A DNA stretch of 64,000 nucleotides from Ekhidna sp. (GCF_965227465.1 NZ_OZ245746.1:1658365-1722364), one strand, 5' to 3'. Counted from the first letter of the stretch, positions 1-10,793 are shown. Notes: generated by a model not told the origin, from the letters alone. Program-made: numbers and translations.

Positions 1-120
1 ATGGCAGGATGGCATACACACCTGGACATTCTGGTTGATCGAGTAAATGAAAACGATCCTAAGGGATTCTGGAATGCACATATGAAGCTTGAGCAAGCCT
101 ATGATCAAAAGTTCTTCTAG
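1..120 (+). CDS. 3' end of an SRPBCC/AHSA1-like (START-fold) protein, partial at window edge
   Basis: Translates as MAGWHTHLDILVDRVNENDPKGFWNAHMKLEQAYDQKFF*. The GWHxHLD helix is typical of SRPBCC C-termini. Confidence 0.55.
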   Translation: MAGWHTHLDILVDRVNENDPKGFWNAHMKLEQAYDQKFF

Positions 121-1325
121 GAGCTTTTGGCAACTCGGCTAAGCCAGAAACTAAAAAGTATTATCAATCCCCCTGCAATAAGGTAAGAGGTAGTACCTCC
201 AATAAGAAAAACAATGATGGTACCTGAAGCCAATATTCGGATGTATTCAGATGGAATCCAGTTTTTGCGGTTTTCCATCAGGATACCCAATTGACCGATG
301 GACCACATGATGTATCCTGCAAGGGCGAGTTTGGCATAGAAATCATAATTGCTATGTGTAAATAGGAACAGAGCTGTAAATACAATTACCAACACAAACT
401 GAACAAACACATAACGTATCATCGGCATATGCGGATGAACATCGAACTTGCGATGGGTTTGTTTATCCACTTCAGGAGCCATTTGATAGCCGCCTAACTC
501 CAACGGTTGCCATCCGGGTTTATAAAAAAGCACCTTCAGCTTATTCCAAAAACCCTGAGTGCCTTTTACCTGATTCGTCATGTCTACGATAGGTAGGACA
601 TTGGCCCAAACCGGATTCCATGTATTAGTGGGCTTAGTGACGCCATACGTAGGTCGTTCTTCTTCTGCTTGAAATGTTCCAAACATACGATCCCAGATCA
701 TCAAGGTCCCTGCATGGTTTCGATCGATGTATTTGGGATTTCGTCCGTGATGCACGCGATGATGAGATGGAGTATTAAATAGATACTCAAACCACTTTGG
801 CATTTTCTCAATGGCTTCTGTATGTATCCAGAATTGGTAGATCAAGTTGATCCCTTTGACTGCCAGAAATGCGTAGGTGTTAAACCCAATCAGTGCCAAT
901 GGCAAATAGAAAACCATGGCGAAGACTCCCCCAAGGGAAGCTTGTCTCAGGGCGACTGATAAGTTATAATCTTCACTCTGATGGTGAACAACATGTGCTA
1001 CGTTCCACAGGAAGTTAATCTCATGACTGGCCCGATGAAACCAATAATACATAAGATCTACCAGGACGAACAAAAGGACATAGCTCCACCAGGTATTGGG
1101 AATGGTTGCAATGGACCAATACTCATTGATATATTGATACATGGCAATGGATAGCACCCCCCACAGGGCATTGGTTACCTGAGAAGAAATCCCACAACTG
1201 ATATTGGAAATCGCATCGTTGGTTCGGTAGATTTTAACCTTTTTAATCAGCTGGTAGATAAGCTCAAAACCGATCAAAGTAAAGTAAAGAGGGATAGAAA
1301 GAATAACCGGGTTGAAATCCATCAT
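117..1325 (-). CDS. Sterol desaturase/fatty acid hydroxylase family membrane di-iron enzyme, alkylglycerol monooxygenase (AGMO)-like
   Basis: Eight-His motifs YYWFHRASH, HVVHHQSE, IHTE and PSHHRVHH. AGMO-like SEDYNLSVALRQ segment and an extra C-terminal TM region. Confidence 0.8.
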   Translation of the reverse strand: MMDFNPVILSIPLYFTLIGFELIYQLIKKVKIYRTNDAISNISCGISSQVTNALWGVLSIAMYQYINEYWSIATIPNTWWSYVLLFVLVDLMYYWFHRASHEINFLWNVAHVVHHQSEDYNLSVALRQASLGGVFAMVFYLPLALIGFNTYAFLAVKGINLIYQFWIHTEAIEKMPKWFEYLFNTPSHHRVHHGRNPKYIDRNHAGTLMIWDRMFGTFQAEEERPTYGVTKPTNTWNPVWANVLPIVDMTNQVKGTQGFWNKLKVLFYKPGWQPLELGGYQMAPEVDKQTHRKFDVHPHMPMIRYVFVQFVLVIVFTALFLFTHSNYDFYAKLALAGYIMWSIGQLGILMENRKNWIPSEYIRILASGTIIVFLIGGTTSYLIAGGLIILFSFWLSRVAKSS

Positions 1326-1364
1326 TCAAAATTAATGATTGGCCCTTACAATTTCTTTTAATGG

Positions 1365-1799
1365 GTGGTTAGTTTTGCGGCCATGATCAAAGCGATAAAA
1401 GTTTTCAATTCTATTTCGGTTTTACTTTTCTCTGTCATTCTTCTTTTGGTGTATGCATACTTACCCATAATGGTGGACATGAATATCGCAGGAGTGAAGG
1501 ATCTTCATAAACAAACGTTCTTCTTCTATGCCTTTGGAAGTTTCGTAGTGATCAACATCCTAATTCGGATAGGAGCGAGTCTTGGATCACGAAATTTATC
1601 TGAAGATTTAGCTGCATGGGTTCGGGCAATACTCTTTATCGTTAATTTTTATTTGGCTTCCATGGTAGGATTCATTGGGGTTATTAATAATACCGGTCAC
1701 ATCAATCCCTCAAGCTTCGGTTACCTAAACTATTTAGGACCTGTTTTTTTAATTATTTGGGTCATTGGCTTGATTTTTTTTATAATCAAAAAGAAGTAG
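1365..1799 (+). CDS. Hypothetical membrane protein (about 4 TM)
   Basis: 144-aa ORF of alternating hydrophobic segments. The start may be the second Met (MIKAIK). Confidence 0.7.
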   Translation: MVSFAAMIKAIKVFNSISVLLFSVILLLVYAYLPIMVDMNIAGVKDLHKQTFFFYAFGSFVVINILIRIGASLGSRNLSEDLAAWVRAILFIVNFYLASMVGFIGVINNTGHINPSSFGYLNYLGPVFLIIWVIGLIFFIIKKK

Positions 1800-1940
1800 A
1801 ACTCGCTCTATTTCAGTTTATTAAATTGACTTATTTCAAGTAAAACTATTTCTAACGCTTAGGTTGTTACGTGTAAGTGTTGGATTTTTATCATTACTTT
1901 GGAATAGAGATTATTAAATCATTCATAACGATTTTATTAG

Positions 1941-3806
1941 ATGGCTGAAGCGATATATACCGAGGATAGTATCAAATCACTGGACTGGAAGGAGCACATC
2001 CGACTTAGGCCAGGGATGTACATCGGTAAGTTGGGAGACGGAAGTTCTCCGGACGATGGAATTTATGTATTGGTAAAAGAGATCATTGATAACAGTATCG
2101 ATGAACACATGATGGGGCATGGGCGAACCATCGAGGTGAAGGTGACGGACCACCGCGTGACCGTTCGGGATTATGGTCGTGGAATTCCATTGGGAAAAGT
2201 GGTGGATTGCGTGAGTAAAATCAACACAGGAGGTAAGTACGATTCAGGTGCATTTCAAAAATCAGTTGGACTGAACGGGGTAGGTACCAAAGCAGTAAAT
2301 GCCCTCTCTAATTATTTCAAAGTTCAAAGTTTCCGTGACGGAGAAACTAAGGTTGCCGAATTCGAAAGAGGTGAGGTGACCAACGATTCGAAAGTTCAAA
2401 AAGCGGAAGGCAGAAATGGAACCAGAATCGTCTTCGAACCAGATGATACGGTTTTCAAAAACTATCATTTTATCCCGGAGTATTTGGATAACCTGATGTG
2501 GAATTATGCCTATCTAAATGCCGGACTTACCATCGTGTTGAACGGCAAGAAGTATCATTCAGAAAATGGATTAAAAGATCTTCTCAGCAGGAAGGCAGAT
2601 GTTGAAAACATACGCTATCCAATCGTTCATCTGAAGGGCGAGGATATTGAAGTAGCGCTTACACATGCGAATCAATATGGAGAAGAATATTATTCTTTCG
2701 TAAATGGTCAGTACACCACGCAGGGAGGAACACATCTGGCTGCTTTTCGTGAGGCATTAGTAAAGACGGTCCGGGAGTTTTATGGGAAAAATTTTGATTC
2801 GGCGGATGTCCGTTCTGCCATCATTGGTGCTATTGCAGTCCGTGTACAAGAGCCGGTTTTCGAGAGTCAAACTAAAACAAAGTTGGGTTCTCAAAATGTG
2901 GGCCCGGATGGACCAACCATGCGAACGTTTATCAATGACTTTGTAAAAACGGAACTTGACAACTTTCTTCATAGAAACTCCGATACAGCAGATGCGCTCT
3001 TGAAACGTATCCAACAGTCTGAACGAGAACGAAAGGAAATAGCAGGCATTAAGAAATTGGCCAATGAGCGAGCTAAAAAAGCCAATCTGCACAATAAGAA
3101 ACTAAGGGATTGCCGTATTCACTTCAACGATAAGAAAGGAGATGAGGCGATCAAGGATGAGACGATGATATTCATCACTGAGGGTGACTCGGCCAGTGGA
3201 TCCATTACTAAATCAAGGAATGTACAAACTCAGGCCGTATTCTCACTAAGGGGCAAGCCTTTCAACTGTTTTGGGCATACAAAAAAGGTGGTGTACGAAA
3301 ATGAGGAATTTAACCTCTTGCAGCACGCATTAAATATTGAGGATGGTCTCGAAGGGTTGAGATACCGTAAAATCGTGATAGCTACAGATGCTGATGTGGA
3401 CGGCATGCATATTCGTCTGCTCTTGTTGACCTACTTCCTGCAGTTCTTTCCTGAACTGGTGAGAAACAACCATATTTTCATTCTTGATACACCTCTTTTT
3501 AGGGTGCGAAATAAAAAAGAAACAATATACTGTTACTCAGAGGAGGAGCGAAGGAATGCGATAGCTAAGCTTGGGACTAAACCTGAAATCACCCGATTTA
3601 AAGGGTTAGGAGAGATTAGTCCTGGTGAATTTGCCGCATTTATCGGTGATGGTATACGCTTAGATCCTGTGATTCTACAAAAAGATACCAGTATTCAGGA
3701 CCTGTTGACCTTTTATATGGGTAAAAACACGCCGGATCGACAGCAGTTCATCATTGATAAGCTGCGCGTGGAGAAGGATTTGATTGAGGAAGTTGGAGCT
3801 GTTTAA
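1941..3806 (+). CDS. parE: DNA topoisomerase IV subunit B
   Basis: [31 protein letters not shown] and TOPRIM motifs ([18 protein letters not shown]), ending RFKGLGE. Short Bacteroidetes ParE type, with parC downstream. Confidence 0.95.
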   Translation: MAEAIYTEDSIKSLDWKEHIRLRPGMYIGKLGDGSSPDDGIYVLVKEIIDNSIDEHMMGHGRTIEVKVTDHRVTVRDYGRGIPLGKVVDCVSKINTGGKYDSGAFQKSVGLNGVGTKAVNALSNYFKVQSFRDGETKVAEFERGEVTNDSKVQKAEGRNGTRIVFEPDDTVFKNYHFIPEYLDNLMWNYAYLNAGLTIVLNGKKYHSENGLKDLLSRKADVENIRYPIVHLKGEDIEVALTHANQYGEEYYSFVNGQYTTQGGTHLAAFREALVKTVREFYGKNFDSADVRSAIIGAIAVRVQEPVFESQTKTKLGSQNVGPDGPTMRTFINDFVKTELDNFLHRNSDTADALLKRIQQSERERKEIAGIKKLANERAKKANLHNKKLRDCRIHFNDKKGDEAIKDETMIFITEGDSASGSITKSRNVQTQAVFSLRGKPFNCFGHTKKVVYENEEFNLLQHALNIEDGLEGLRYRKIVIATDADVDGMHIRLLLLTYFLQFFPELVRNNHIFILDTPLFRVRNKKETIYCYSEEERRNAIAKLGTKPEITRFKGLGEISPGEFAAFIGDGIRLDPVILQKDTSIQDLLTFYMGKNTPDRQQFIIDKLRVEKDLIEEVGAV

Positions 3807-4312
3807 TGGAAAGGTCTAAATCACTTTCTGTAAAATCTATCAAGGCATACAAGTTACTGCTCATAGGAGCTGTATCTTTTCTATTCATCTTTTACGTACT
3901 CATTAATTCAAGCAGAAGAGGTCTCTTTGGCATCTTATCAGCCATCGCCTATGTTTTCATAATGATCTTCTATTGGTATCCGAATCTGACCAAATTTTTC
4001 AGACAGATCAAAGAGGTGGCTTATGATCAAGAGAACCTGTACGTAAAGGAGGGATCCTATGAAATACAGGTTCCTTTTCATCAAGTCAAGGATATAGAGA
4101 TTGTAAGTCTTGATGGACTTTATAAGTTCAAGCTGTACCACAGTGATCAATTTGGTGACGAAGTAATATGCAAACCATCCTTGTGGTATCCGCTGAATTA
4201 TAAGAAAATTGACGCTGAACTTAATAGAATTCGTGGTTTGGTTCGTAAAGCTCATCACGAGTACAGAGAGAAAATTGGCGTTGACAAGGGTTTAGCTAGC
4301 CATTCATTGTAA
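3806..4312 (+). CDS. Hypothetical protein, two N-terminal TM helices and a soluble beta-rich domain
   Basis: ATG overlaps the parE stop (TAATG); hydrophobic residues about 17-58. Confidence 0.7.
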   Translation: MERSKSLSVKSIKAYKLLLIGAVSFLFIFYVLINSSRRGLFGILSAIAYVFIMIFYWYPNLTKFFRQIKEVAYDQENLYVKEGSYEIQVPFHQVKDIEIVSLDGLYKFKLYHSDQFGDEVICKPSLWYPLNYKKIDAELNRIRGLVRKAHHEYREKIGVDKGLASHSL

Positions 4313-4377
4313 TAATAATGCAAAAAATAGTTTTTTGTAAAAAAAATACAATAAATTGTGTTTTGTAAAAATAGATC

Positions 4378-4995
4378 ATGAATAGGTTCATACTAATGGC
4401 AGATGTTGTGAGCAGTCACGAAAAGGATAGTAACGCGTTGATGTCTGACTTTCAGGTGCTGGTACAATGGACCAACAAGATCTACGGTGACGATATAGAA
4501 TCGCCTTTAACAATAACACTTGGAGATGAATTTCAAGGGATTGTAAAATCCGCTGCTAAAGGTGTAGATATCATTCTGGCTATGGAAGAATACATTCTGG
4601 AAGAAGAATTTGATTTCAAACTGCGATATGTATTGCATGAAGGAGAGGTGGAAACACCTATTAATAAGGACAAGGCATATGAGATGCTAGGTCCTGGTTT
4701 AACAGATGCGCGTAAGATGTTGAATGATATGAAAAAAGAGAACGGACGCTTTTTGATATCAATACCAGCTAGTAATCAAATCAATAAAATGATGAAAGTA
4801 ACTCAACATTTTATTGATAGTTGGCATCCAAAAGACAGAAGTACTGTTTCGGGATTTCTGCAGGGACACGATTATAAGGAAATGGCCAGAATCGAATCAA
4901 AGGATGATTCAACGTTGTGGAGAAGAAGAAAAAGTTTAGCAATTGATGAGTATGTATTGTGTAAAGAACTCTTACATCACCTGATAGATGGATAA
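4378..4995 (+). CDS. SatD family protein (nucleotidyl-cyclase-like fold plus C-terminal HTH-like region)
   Basis: ILMADVVSS and TITLGDEFQG motifs, GxV.T.IN...AYEMLGPG segment, and a C-terminal helix pair ending in STLWRRRK. Confidence 0.8.
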   Translation: MNRFILMADVVSSHEKDSNALMSDFQVLVQWTNKIYGDDIESPLTITLGDEFQGIVKSAAKGVDIILAMEEYILEEEFDFKLRYVLHEGEVETPINKDKAYEMLGPGLTDARKMLNDMKKENGRFLISIPASNQINKMMKVTQHFIDSWHPKDRSTVSGFLQGHDYKEMARIESKDDSTLWRRRKSLAIDEYVLCKELLHHLIDG

Positions 4996-5305
4996 TTACC
5001 TATACGATAGCGCCATTTTTGTGATTGGTGAGCTTGCAGCACTTGTCATATTCTTTCTTGTTACAAAGATGTTTGGACGATCGCTGACATTAAGCAGCAT
5101 TTTAAGAGGAGTATTAGAAAGAGGATTTTTATTCATCATTTTATTGGTGAACCTGCCACAGGGCATGGCCTTCTTTGGGGCACTTAAAATTGCCACTCGT
5201 CTCAAGGACGATGATAAAATTTCAAATGACTATTTCCTGGTCGGAAATCTAGTCTCAGTTTTAATAGTAATAGGGTATTACCTAATGAGTCAATATTGTT
5301 TTTAA
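4988..5305 (+). CDS. Small membrane protein, DUF3307/SatE-like C-terminal region
   Basis: GVLERGFL...ALKIATR...NDYFLVGNLVS resembles the G.LER...K...R...EY.LIGTL.S signature of SatD partner proteins. Overlaps the SatD stop and abuts the parC start. Confidence 0.6.
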   Translation: MDNYLYDSAIFVIGELAALVIFFLVTKMFGRSLTLSSILRGVLERGFLFIILLVNLPQGMAFFGALKIATRLKDDDKISNDYFLVGNLVSVLIVIGYYLMSQYCF

Positions 5306-7933
5306 ATGGGAGAAGAACACGAAAACGAGCAAGAAATACATGATGTCATCCCTATATCGGGAATGTATGAAAACTGGTTTCTGGATTATGCATCCTATGT
5401 AATTCTGGAGCGTGCGGTACCGGCCATTAACGATGGATTAAAACCAGTGCAACGAAGGATATTGCATGCAATGAAGGAGATGGATGATGGGCGATACAAT
5501 AAGGTAGCCAACATCATTGGTAGCGCCATGCAATACCATCCGCATGGAGATGCCTCCATTGGAGATGCCATCGTAAATCTGGGACAGAAGGACCTGCTTA
5601 TTGACACGCAGGGTAATTGGGGAGATGTACGTACGGGTGATTCTGCAGCAGCAGCACGATACATCGAGGCGAGGCTTTCTAAGTTCGCGCTTGAGGTCAT
5701 TTTCAATCCACAAACTACCAAATGGCAACTTTCATACGATGGACGAAAGAAAGAACCTGTCACGTTCCCGGTCAAATTTCCGTTACTTCTTGCTCAGGGG
5801 GTAGAAGGAATAGCCGTAGGCCTCTCTACCAAAATGATGCCCCACAACTTCTGTGAAATTCTGGAGGGCTGCATTGCGACACTGAAAGGTAAAAAAGTCA
5901 AACTCTACCCGGACTTTCTCACCGGAGGTAAGATTGATGTCACGGATTACAATGATGGAAAACGCGGAGGTAAAATCAGGGTACGTGCGACCATCGAGGA
6001 GCTTGATAAATCCACCCTGGTGATTAAAGATATCCCATATGGTACAACAACTACCTCACTGATTGAATCCATTGTTAAGGCGAATGATAAAGGAAAGATC
6101 AAGATTAAGCAGGTAGTTGATAATACCGCAAAGGACATTGAAATCCTGATCAGCCTGGCATCCGGTATATCACCTGACATCACCATGGATGCGCTATATG
6201 CTTTTACCGATTGTGAGGTTTCTATTTCTCCCAATGCCTGCGTCATTATCAACGACAAACCGGTATTTCTCGGGGTGTCCGAAATTCTGAAACAGTCGGT
6301 AGATCAAACCATTGACTTACTCAGACAAGAACTGGAGATCGAAAAAGCCGAGCTTAAGGAGAAAATCTTCTTTAGCAACCTGCTCAAGATCTTCATCAAC
6401 GAAGGCATGTATAAGCATCCGGATTATGAAAACTCCGGTGATCTGCAGAAATGCTATGAAGTGCTCAATACCCTGTTTACTCCATTTTTCGATACGTTCT
6501 ATCGGGAAATTACAAACGAAGACTACAAGCGACTTATTGACAAGCCACTGAGTAGCATTACCCGCTTTGATACGAGTAAAGTAGATGCGCAAATTCAGGA
6601 CTTATCAGATCAAATCGATCAGGTGAATAATCACCTGGATAATCTCACGGATTATGCCATCGCATACTATCAAAACCTCTTAGAAAAGTACGGAAAGGGA
6701 AGGGAACGTAAAACAGAGATAACCAATTTCGATACGATCAATGTGACGGTCGTCGCAGCTAACAACGCTAAGCTTTATGTCAACAGGCAAGATGGTTTTG
6801 TGGGCTATGGGTTAAAGAAAGATGAATTTGTCAGCGACTGTTCGGATATCGATGATGTTATTGCATTTACCAAGGATGGTAAGTGTGTCGTTACCAAAAT
6901 TCAGGATAAGACATTTGTAGGGAAGGACATCTTGCATGTAGGGGTGTTCAAGAAGAACGACGAGCGCATGGTCTACAACATGGCCTATGTAGATGCTAAG
7001 TCCGGCAATTCATACGTAAAGCGCTTCCAGGTTTTGTCTGTCACAAGAGATCGTGAGTATGATTTAACAAAAGGAGGAAAAGGGAAGGTGCACTACTTCA
7101 CAGCCAATCCTAATGGGGAAGCAGAGATTGTAACTGTATCGCTCACACAAGCTAGCAAAGCACGCAAGAAAGTGTTTGATTTTGACTTCTCAGAGATTGA
7201 AATCAAAGGTCGGGGAGCTGGTGGAAATATCCTTACCAAATATCCGGTAAGGAAGGTCGTCTTCAAAGAAGAAGGAAGGTCTACTCTTGGTGGAGTAGAT
7301 ATCTGGTACGATCCAACAGTCGGACGACTGAATAGAGAAGAAAGGGGTGATCATTTGGGCAACTTCATGTCTGAAGATCAGGTAGTAGCATTCTATAAGG
7401 ATGGGAGCTATGAAACAACCTCTTTTGAGCTAACTAACCATTACGACTTTAATAATGTAATGGGAATCTATAAACTTGATGCGGACGCCTCGTTCAATGC
7501 CATTCATTATGATGGAGACTCGAAAAATTATTTTGTCAAACGCTTTATCATCGAGACTAACACGCCGAATAAGAAATTCCCATTTGTGACCGAGGCAAGA
7601 AGCTCCAAGCTGATGTTTATTTCAAAGGGAATCGAAACTGATGTGGAGGTTACCTACAAGGAAGGTCGCAAACATGAGAAGAAGAAGCTGGATCTCATGA
7701 GTTTGATTGACATCAAAGGATGGAAAGCGATCGGCAATAAGCTCCCGGTACAACAGGTTGTAAGTGTTGAGTTGATCAAAGATGAAAAGCCTAAAGAACA
7801 AGCCCCTCTAAAAGAGAAACCCGAAGAAGAACCTAAAATTGACCTGGATGCGATAAAGAGCACCATAAAGTCTGAAGTCGAGGAAGAAGAGAATCAATTA
7901 GGACTTTTCGGAGGCGAGAAAAAGAAAGAATGA
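5306..7933 (+). CDS. parC: DNA topoisomerase IV subunit A
   Basis: DGLKPVQRR, YHPHGDAS and AAAARYIEARL (catalytic Tyr), with a long Bacteroidetes-type CTD. Confidence 0.95.
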   Translation: MGEEHENEQEIHDVIPISGMYENWFLDYASYVILERAVPAINDGLKPVQRRILHAMKEMDDGRYNKVANIIGSAMQYHPHGDASIGDAIVNLGQKDLLIDTQGNWGDVRTGDSAAAARYIEARLSKFALEVIFNPQTTKWQLSYDGRKKEPVTFPVKFPLLLAQGVEGIAVGLSTKMMPHNFCEILEGCIATLKGKKVKLYPDFLTGGKIDVTDYNDGKRGGKIRVRATIEELDKSTLVIKDIPYGTTTTSLIESIVKANDKGKIKIKQVVDNTAKDIEILISLASGISPDITMDALYAFTDCEVSISPNACVIINDKPVFLGVSEILKQSVDQTIDLLRQELEIEKAELKEKIFFSNLLKIFINEGMYKHPDYENSGDLQKCYEVLNTLFTPFFDTFYREITNEDYKRLIDKPLSSITRFDTSKVDAQIQDLSDQIDQVNNHLDNLTDYAIAYYQNLLEKYGKGRERKTEITNFDTINVTVVAANNAKLYVNRQDGFVGYGLKKDEFVSDCSDIDDVIAFTKDGKCVVTKIQDKTFVGKDILHVGVFKKNDERMVYNMAYVDAKSGNSYVKRFQVLSVTRDREYDLTKGGKGKVHYFTANPNGEAEIVTVSLTQASKARKKVFDFDFSEIEIKGRGAGGNILTKYPVRKVVFKEEGRSTLGGVDIWYDPTVGRLNREERGDHLGNFMSEDQVVAFYKDGSYETTSFELTNHYDFNNVMGIYKLDADASFNAIHYDGDSKNYFVKRFIIETNTPNKKFPFVTEARSSKLMFISKGIETDVEVTYKEGRKHEKKKLDLMSLIDIKGWKAIGNKLPVQQVVSVELIKDEKPKEQAPLKEKPEEEPKIDLDAIKSTIKSEVEEEENQLGLFGGEKKKE

Positions 7934-8592
7934 ATGAATCGAATGCCATAATTGAGGTGCTGGAAGCGTTTGTTTCAGACAACAAACAGGCCCATATCGA
8001 CCGGGTTTTAAAACTACGAACTCGTCATCTCACTTTGGTATTTGAAGACATTGACAAACCACATAATGTAAGTGCCGTTTTGCGCACTGCAGAGTGCATG
8101 GGGATTCAGGATTTACATTTCATCAAGAATAAGAATGATTACACCGTAAACACTGGGATTACACAAGGTGCTGCGAAATGGATCACCATGCATCATCACT
8201 GCCGAGCTGACGATAATGTTGGTGAGTGCTTTGATTCGCTCAGAAAAGAAGGTTATCAGATTTATGCGACATCCCTTCATGAAACATCACGGTCGATTTA
8301 TGACCTTGATCCTAAGCAGAAGACTGCAATCGTATTTGGAACTGAAGCGGATGGAATCACGGAAGAGGCAGGGGAAAAGGCAGATGGATTTGTTCATATT
8401 CCGATGAGTGGGTTTACCGAAAGCTTTAACCTCTCTGTAAGTGCAGCTATATGCCTGACAGTGATGAAATCAAAGCTAGGAGAGTGGCCGCAGCTGCAAG
8501 ACGAAGAGAAGCTGGATCTTCGGGCAGAATGGTACCGAAAGATTGTAAGAGAAGCTGATTTAATCTTAAAAACAAAAGGGATAGAAGTATGA
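7930..8592 (+). CDS. TrmH/SpoU family RNA methyltransferase
   Basis: HNVSAVLRTAE, FGTEADG and IPMSGFTESFNLSVSA SPOUT motifs. Confidence 0.9.
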   Translation: MNESNAIIEVLEAFVSDNKQAHIDRVLKLRTRHLTLVFEDIDKPHNVSAVLRTAECMGIQDLHFIKNKNDYTVNTGITQGAAKWITMHHHCRADDNVGECFDSLRKEGYQIYATSLHETSRSIYDLDPKQKTAIVFGTEADGITEEAGEKADGFVHIPMSGFTESFNLSVSAAICLTVMKSKLGEWPQLQDEEKLDLRAEWYRKIVREADLILKTKGIEV

Positions 8593-9239
8593 AGATATCG
8601 CTTGCTAAATTTCTTCGCCTGGGAGTTTGGTTGTCAATTACCTTAATACTGTTCGTGCTGGGCACGAATATTTGGGTGGTCCAATCCACAAAAAGCTCTA
8701 TCTACACAATAGATACGGTTCCATTGAATAATGTGGCTTTAGTATTAGGTACCAGTAAAAGAACTGTGGAGGGGAAGCCCAACCGTTTCTTTGTAGAACG
8801 GATGAACACGGCAGCTTCACTCCACTTGGATCAAAAAATCAAACACATTATTGTGAGTGGAGATAACCGAACGAAATACTACAATGAGCCAAGGGACATG
8901 CTTCAGGCGCTTGGCGACCTTGACATCCCTGAGGAAGATATTTCGTTGGATTTCGCGGGGTTGAGAACGCTCGATTCTGTAGTGAGGTGTACAGAAGTGT
9001 TTGGTCAAAACAAAGTCACTATTGTCACACAGGAATTTCATTGCTATCGATCGCTTTTCATTGCACAATATTTTGAGATGGAGGCCGTAGCTGTCTCTGC
9101 AGATAATGGTGGTCCAATTGGCAATGCGCTGGCGCTAAGGGAAGTATTAGCCCGGACAATGGCTGTTTTAGATCTTTACGTATTGCAACGTAAACCGAAA
9201 TATTTAGGCGAAGAGATTATCCTTCCAATCAAATCCTAA
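8589..9239 (+). CDS. SanA/YdcF (DUF218, ElyC-like) family protein
   Basis: N-terminal TM, LVLGT, VSGDN, LDFAGLRTLDS, VTQEFHCYRS and REVLAR. Confidence 0.9.
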   Translation: MKISLAKFLRLGVWLSITLILFVLGTNIWVVQSTKSSIYTIDTVPLNNVALVLGTSKRTVEGKPNRFFVERMNTAASLHLDQKIKHIIVSGDNRTKYYNEPRDMLQALGDLDIPEEDISLDFAGLRTLDSVVRCTEVFGQNKVTIVTQEFHCYRSLFIAQYFEMEAVAVSADNGGPIGNALALREVLARTMAVLDLYVLQRKPKYLGEEIILPIKS

Positions 9240-9243
9240 AGGT

Positions 9244-9567
9244 TTAAATTCCGGCCCAATCTTTTAATTGCCGAAGGGCATCCTCGCACTCTACTTCGAT
9301 TTCCTTTATCAATTGAGAAGTTGCTTTTTCGGGATGGTATTGCAAATCCTCGAGTGTTTCTGCACATGAGAGTTGAATCATCTTTGCTGAAGGTTTCAGC
9401 TGATGAGCTGATTTAGAGAGGTTATCCAGATCTCCTTTCTCCAATTCCATATTCATCTTTTCCACAAGAGTAATATAGGTGTTCTCAAATGTCTCGATGA
9501 ATTCCATTTTGAAACTTTCATCGTCCTCACTCAGAACTTCAAGGTATGTTAAATCAATTTTTTCCAT
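9244..9567 (-). CDS. Stand-alone Hpt (histidine phosphotransfer) protein
   Basis: IDLTYL start and SAHQLKPS phospho-His motif; 107 aa. Confidence 0.8.
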   Translation of the reverse strand: MEKIDLTYLEVLSEDDESFKMEFIETFENTYITLVEKMNMELEKGDLDNLSKSAHQLKPSAKMIQLSCAETLEDLQYHPEKATSQLIKEIEVECEDALRQLKDWAGI

Positions 9568-9689
9568 AGTTAGCTTAATCCAACTTTAAATGTAATATCT
9601 CTAAACGTTAACTAGGTAAAAATCATAACCAAAATTTAGGGTTGATGTCATGAGCAAGGCGGAAATTATTTAGTATTTTCGAGCCGAAT

Positions 9690-10166
9690 TTGAAATCAAA
9701 AGGAATGATCCCAGAATTTGAACCCCTAAGAGAAGACGAGATACAGGTTTTGCTAAAAGCGCCTGTTTACGTAGCTATTTTGATTGCCGGAGCTGATGGC
9801 AAGATTGATAAATCTGAAAGACGAGAAGCAATTGATGTAGCGAGGAATAAGCAAAGCCGATCAAGAGAGCAACTGGCAGAGTTTTATAAGATGGTCGGCG
9901 AGCAATTTGAAGAAAACTTCAATAAGCTGGTGGATGAACTACCATCAGGTACGGACTCACGTGTGTCCGCTATCACCACGGAGCTGCGAAAGCTTAATTT
10001 CATTTTGCCGAAAATTGATAAAAACTTTTCCATCAAGTTTGTTGCGAGCCTCAAAGACTTAGCAAAGAAAATTGCAGAAGCCTCTGGTGGAGTTTTAGGT
10101 TATCTATCTGTTAGTTACGAAGAGTCAAGGCTGATGGAACTGAAAATGATAAAAGAAATAGAGTAA
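9690..10166 (+). CDS. Hypothetical protein, TerB-like helical fold
   Basis: ILIAGADGKIDKSE and IAEASGGVLG...EE motifs; TTG start. Confidence 0.65.
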   Translation: MKSKGMIPEFEPLREDEIQVLLKAPVYVAILIAGADGKIDKSERREAIDVARNKQSRSREQLAEFYKMVGEQFEENFNKLVDELPSGTDSRVSAITTELRKLNFILPKIDKNFSIKFVASLKDLAKKIAEASGGVLGYLSVSYEESRLMELKMIKEIE

Positions 10167-10192
10167 CGCTTATTAGTAGTTGCGAACTACGG

Positions 10193-10229
10193 ACCCTGAT
10201 TTCTCCTCAGAAATCAGGGTTTTTATTTT
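10193..10229 (+). terminator. Rho-independent terminator
   Basis: ACCCTGATTTCT-cctc-AGAAATCAGGGT followed by a T-rich tract. Confidence 0.7.
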
Positions 10230-10241
10230 AATTTACTCCCT

Positions 10242-10778
10242 ATGCAGAAAACGGGAATAGTACCACCGCTTAGACTTTGCTTTTTCATGTGGTTGGTATT
10301 CACCATTGAATTCTACTTGGATGTTGATTTAGGATATTTGGGAATATACCCACGTGAGATTACCGGGTTGGTAGGTGTTGTTATGGCTCCACTGCTTCAT
10401 GGAAATTTTAATCACCTGGCCTCCAATACCATTCCTCTTTTGGTGCTTGGTGGAAGTCTATTCTTCTTCTTCCCAGCGATTGCAACCCGTGTATTTCTTC
10501 AGGCATATTTCTTCACTAATGTATTGGTTTGGATTTTTGGTCGACCTTTTTATCACATTGGAGCAAGTGGTCTCATTTATGCGTTAGCTTCATTCTTGGT
10601 CTTTTTCGGTCTATTCAAACAAAATTTTAAATCCGTTATTATAAGCGCTATTGTCATTTTCCTTTATGGTGGAATGGCTTATGGACTATTATCGTTTGAT
10701 GAGCGAATTAGCTGGGAGTCTCATCTGATGGGAGCAGTTGTAGGCCTCAGCACTGCTTATTTAATGAGAAGAAAATAA
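10242..10778 (+). CDS. Rhomboid family intramembrane serine protease
   Basis: HGNFNHLASN, GASGL (catalytic Ser) and SHLMG (catalytic His). Confidence 0.9.
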   Translation: MQKTGIVPPLRLCFFMWLVFTIEFYLDVDLGYLGIYPREITGLVGVVMAPLLHGNFNHLASNTIPLLVLGGSLFFFFPAIATRVFLQAYFFTNVLVWIFGRPFYHIGASGLIYALASFLVFFGLFKQNFKSVIISAIVIFLYGGMAYGLLSFDERISWESHLMGAVVGLSTAYLMRRK

Positions 10779-10793
10779 ACAATTGGGGGCTGT

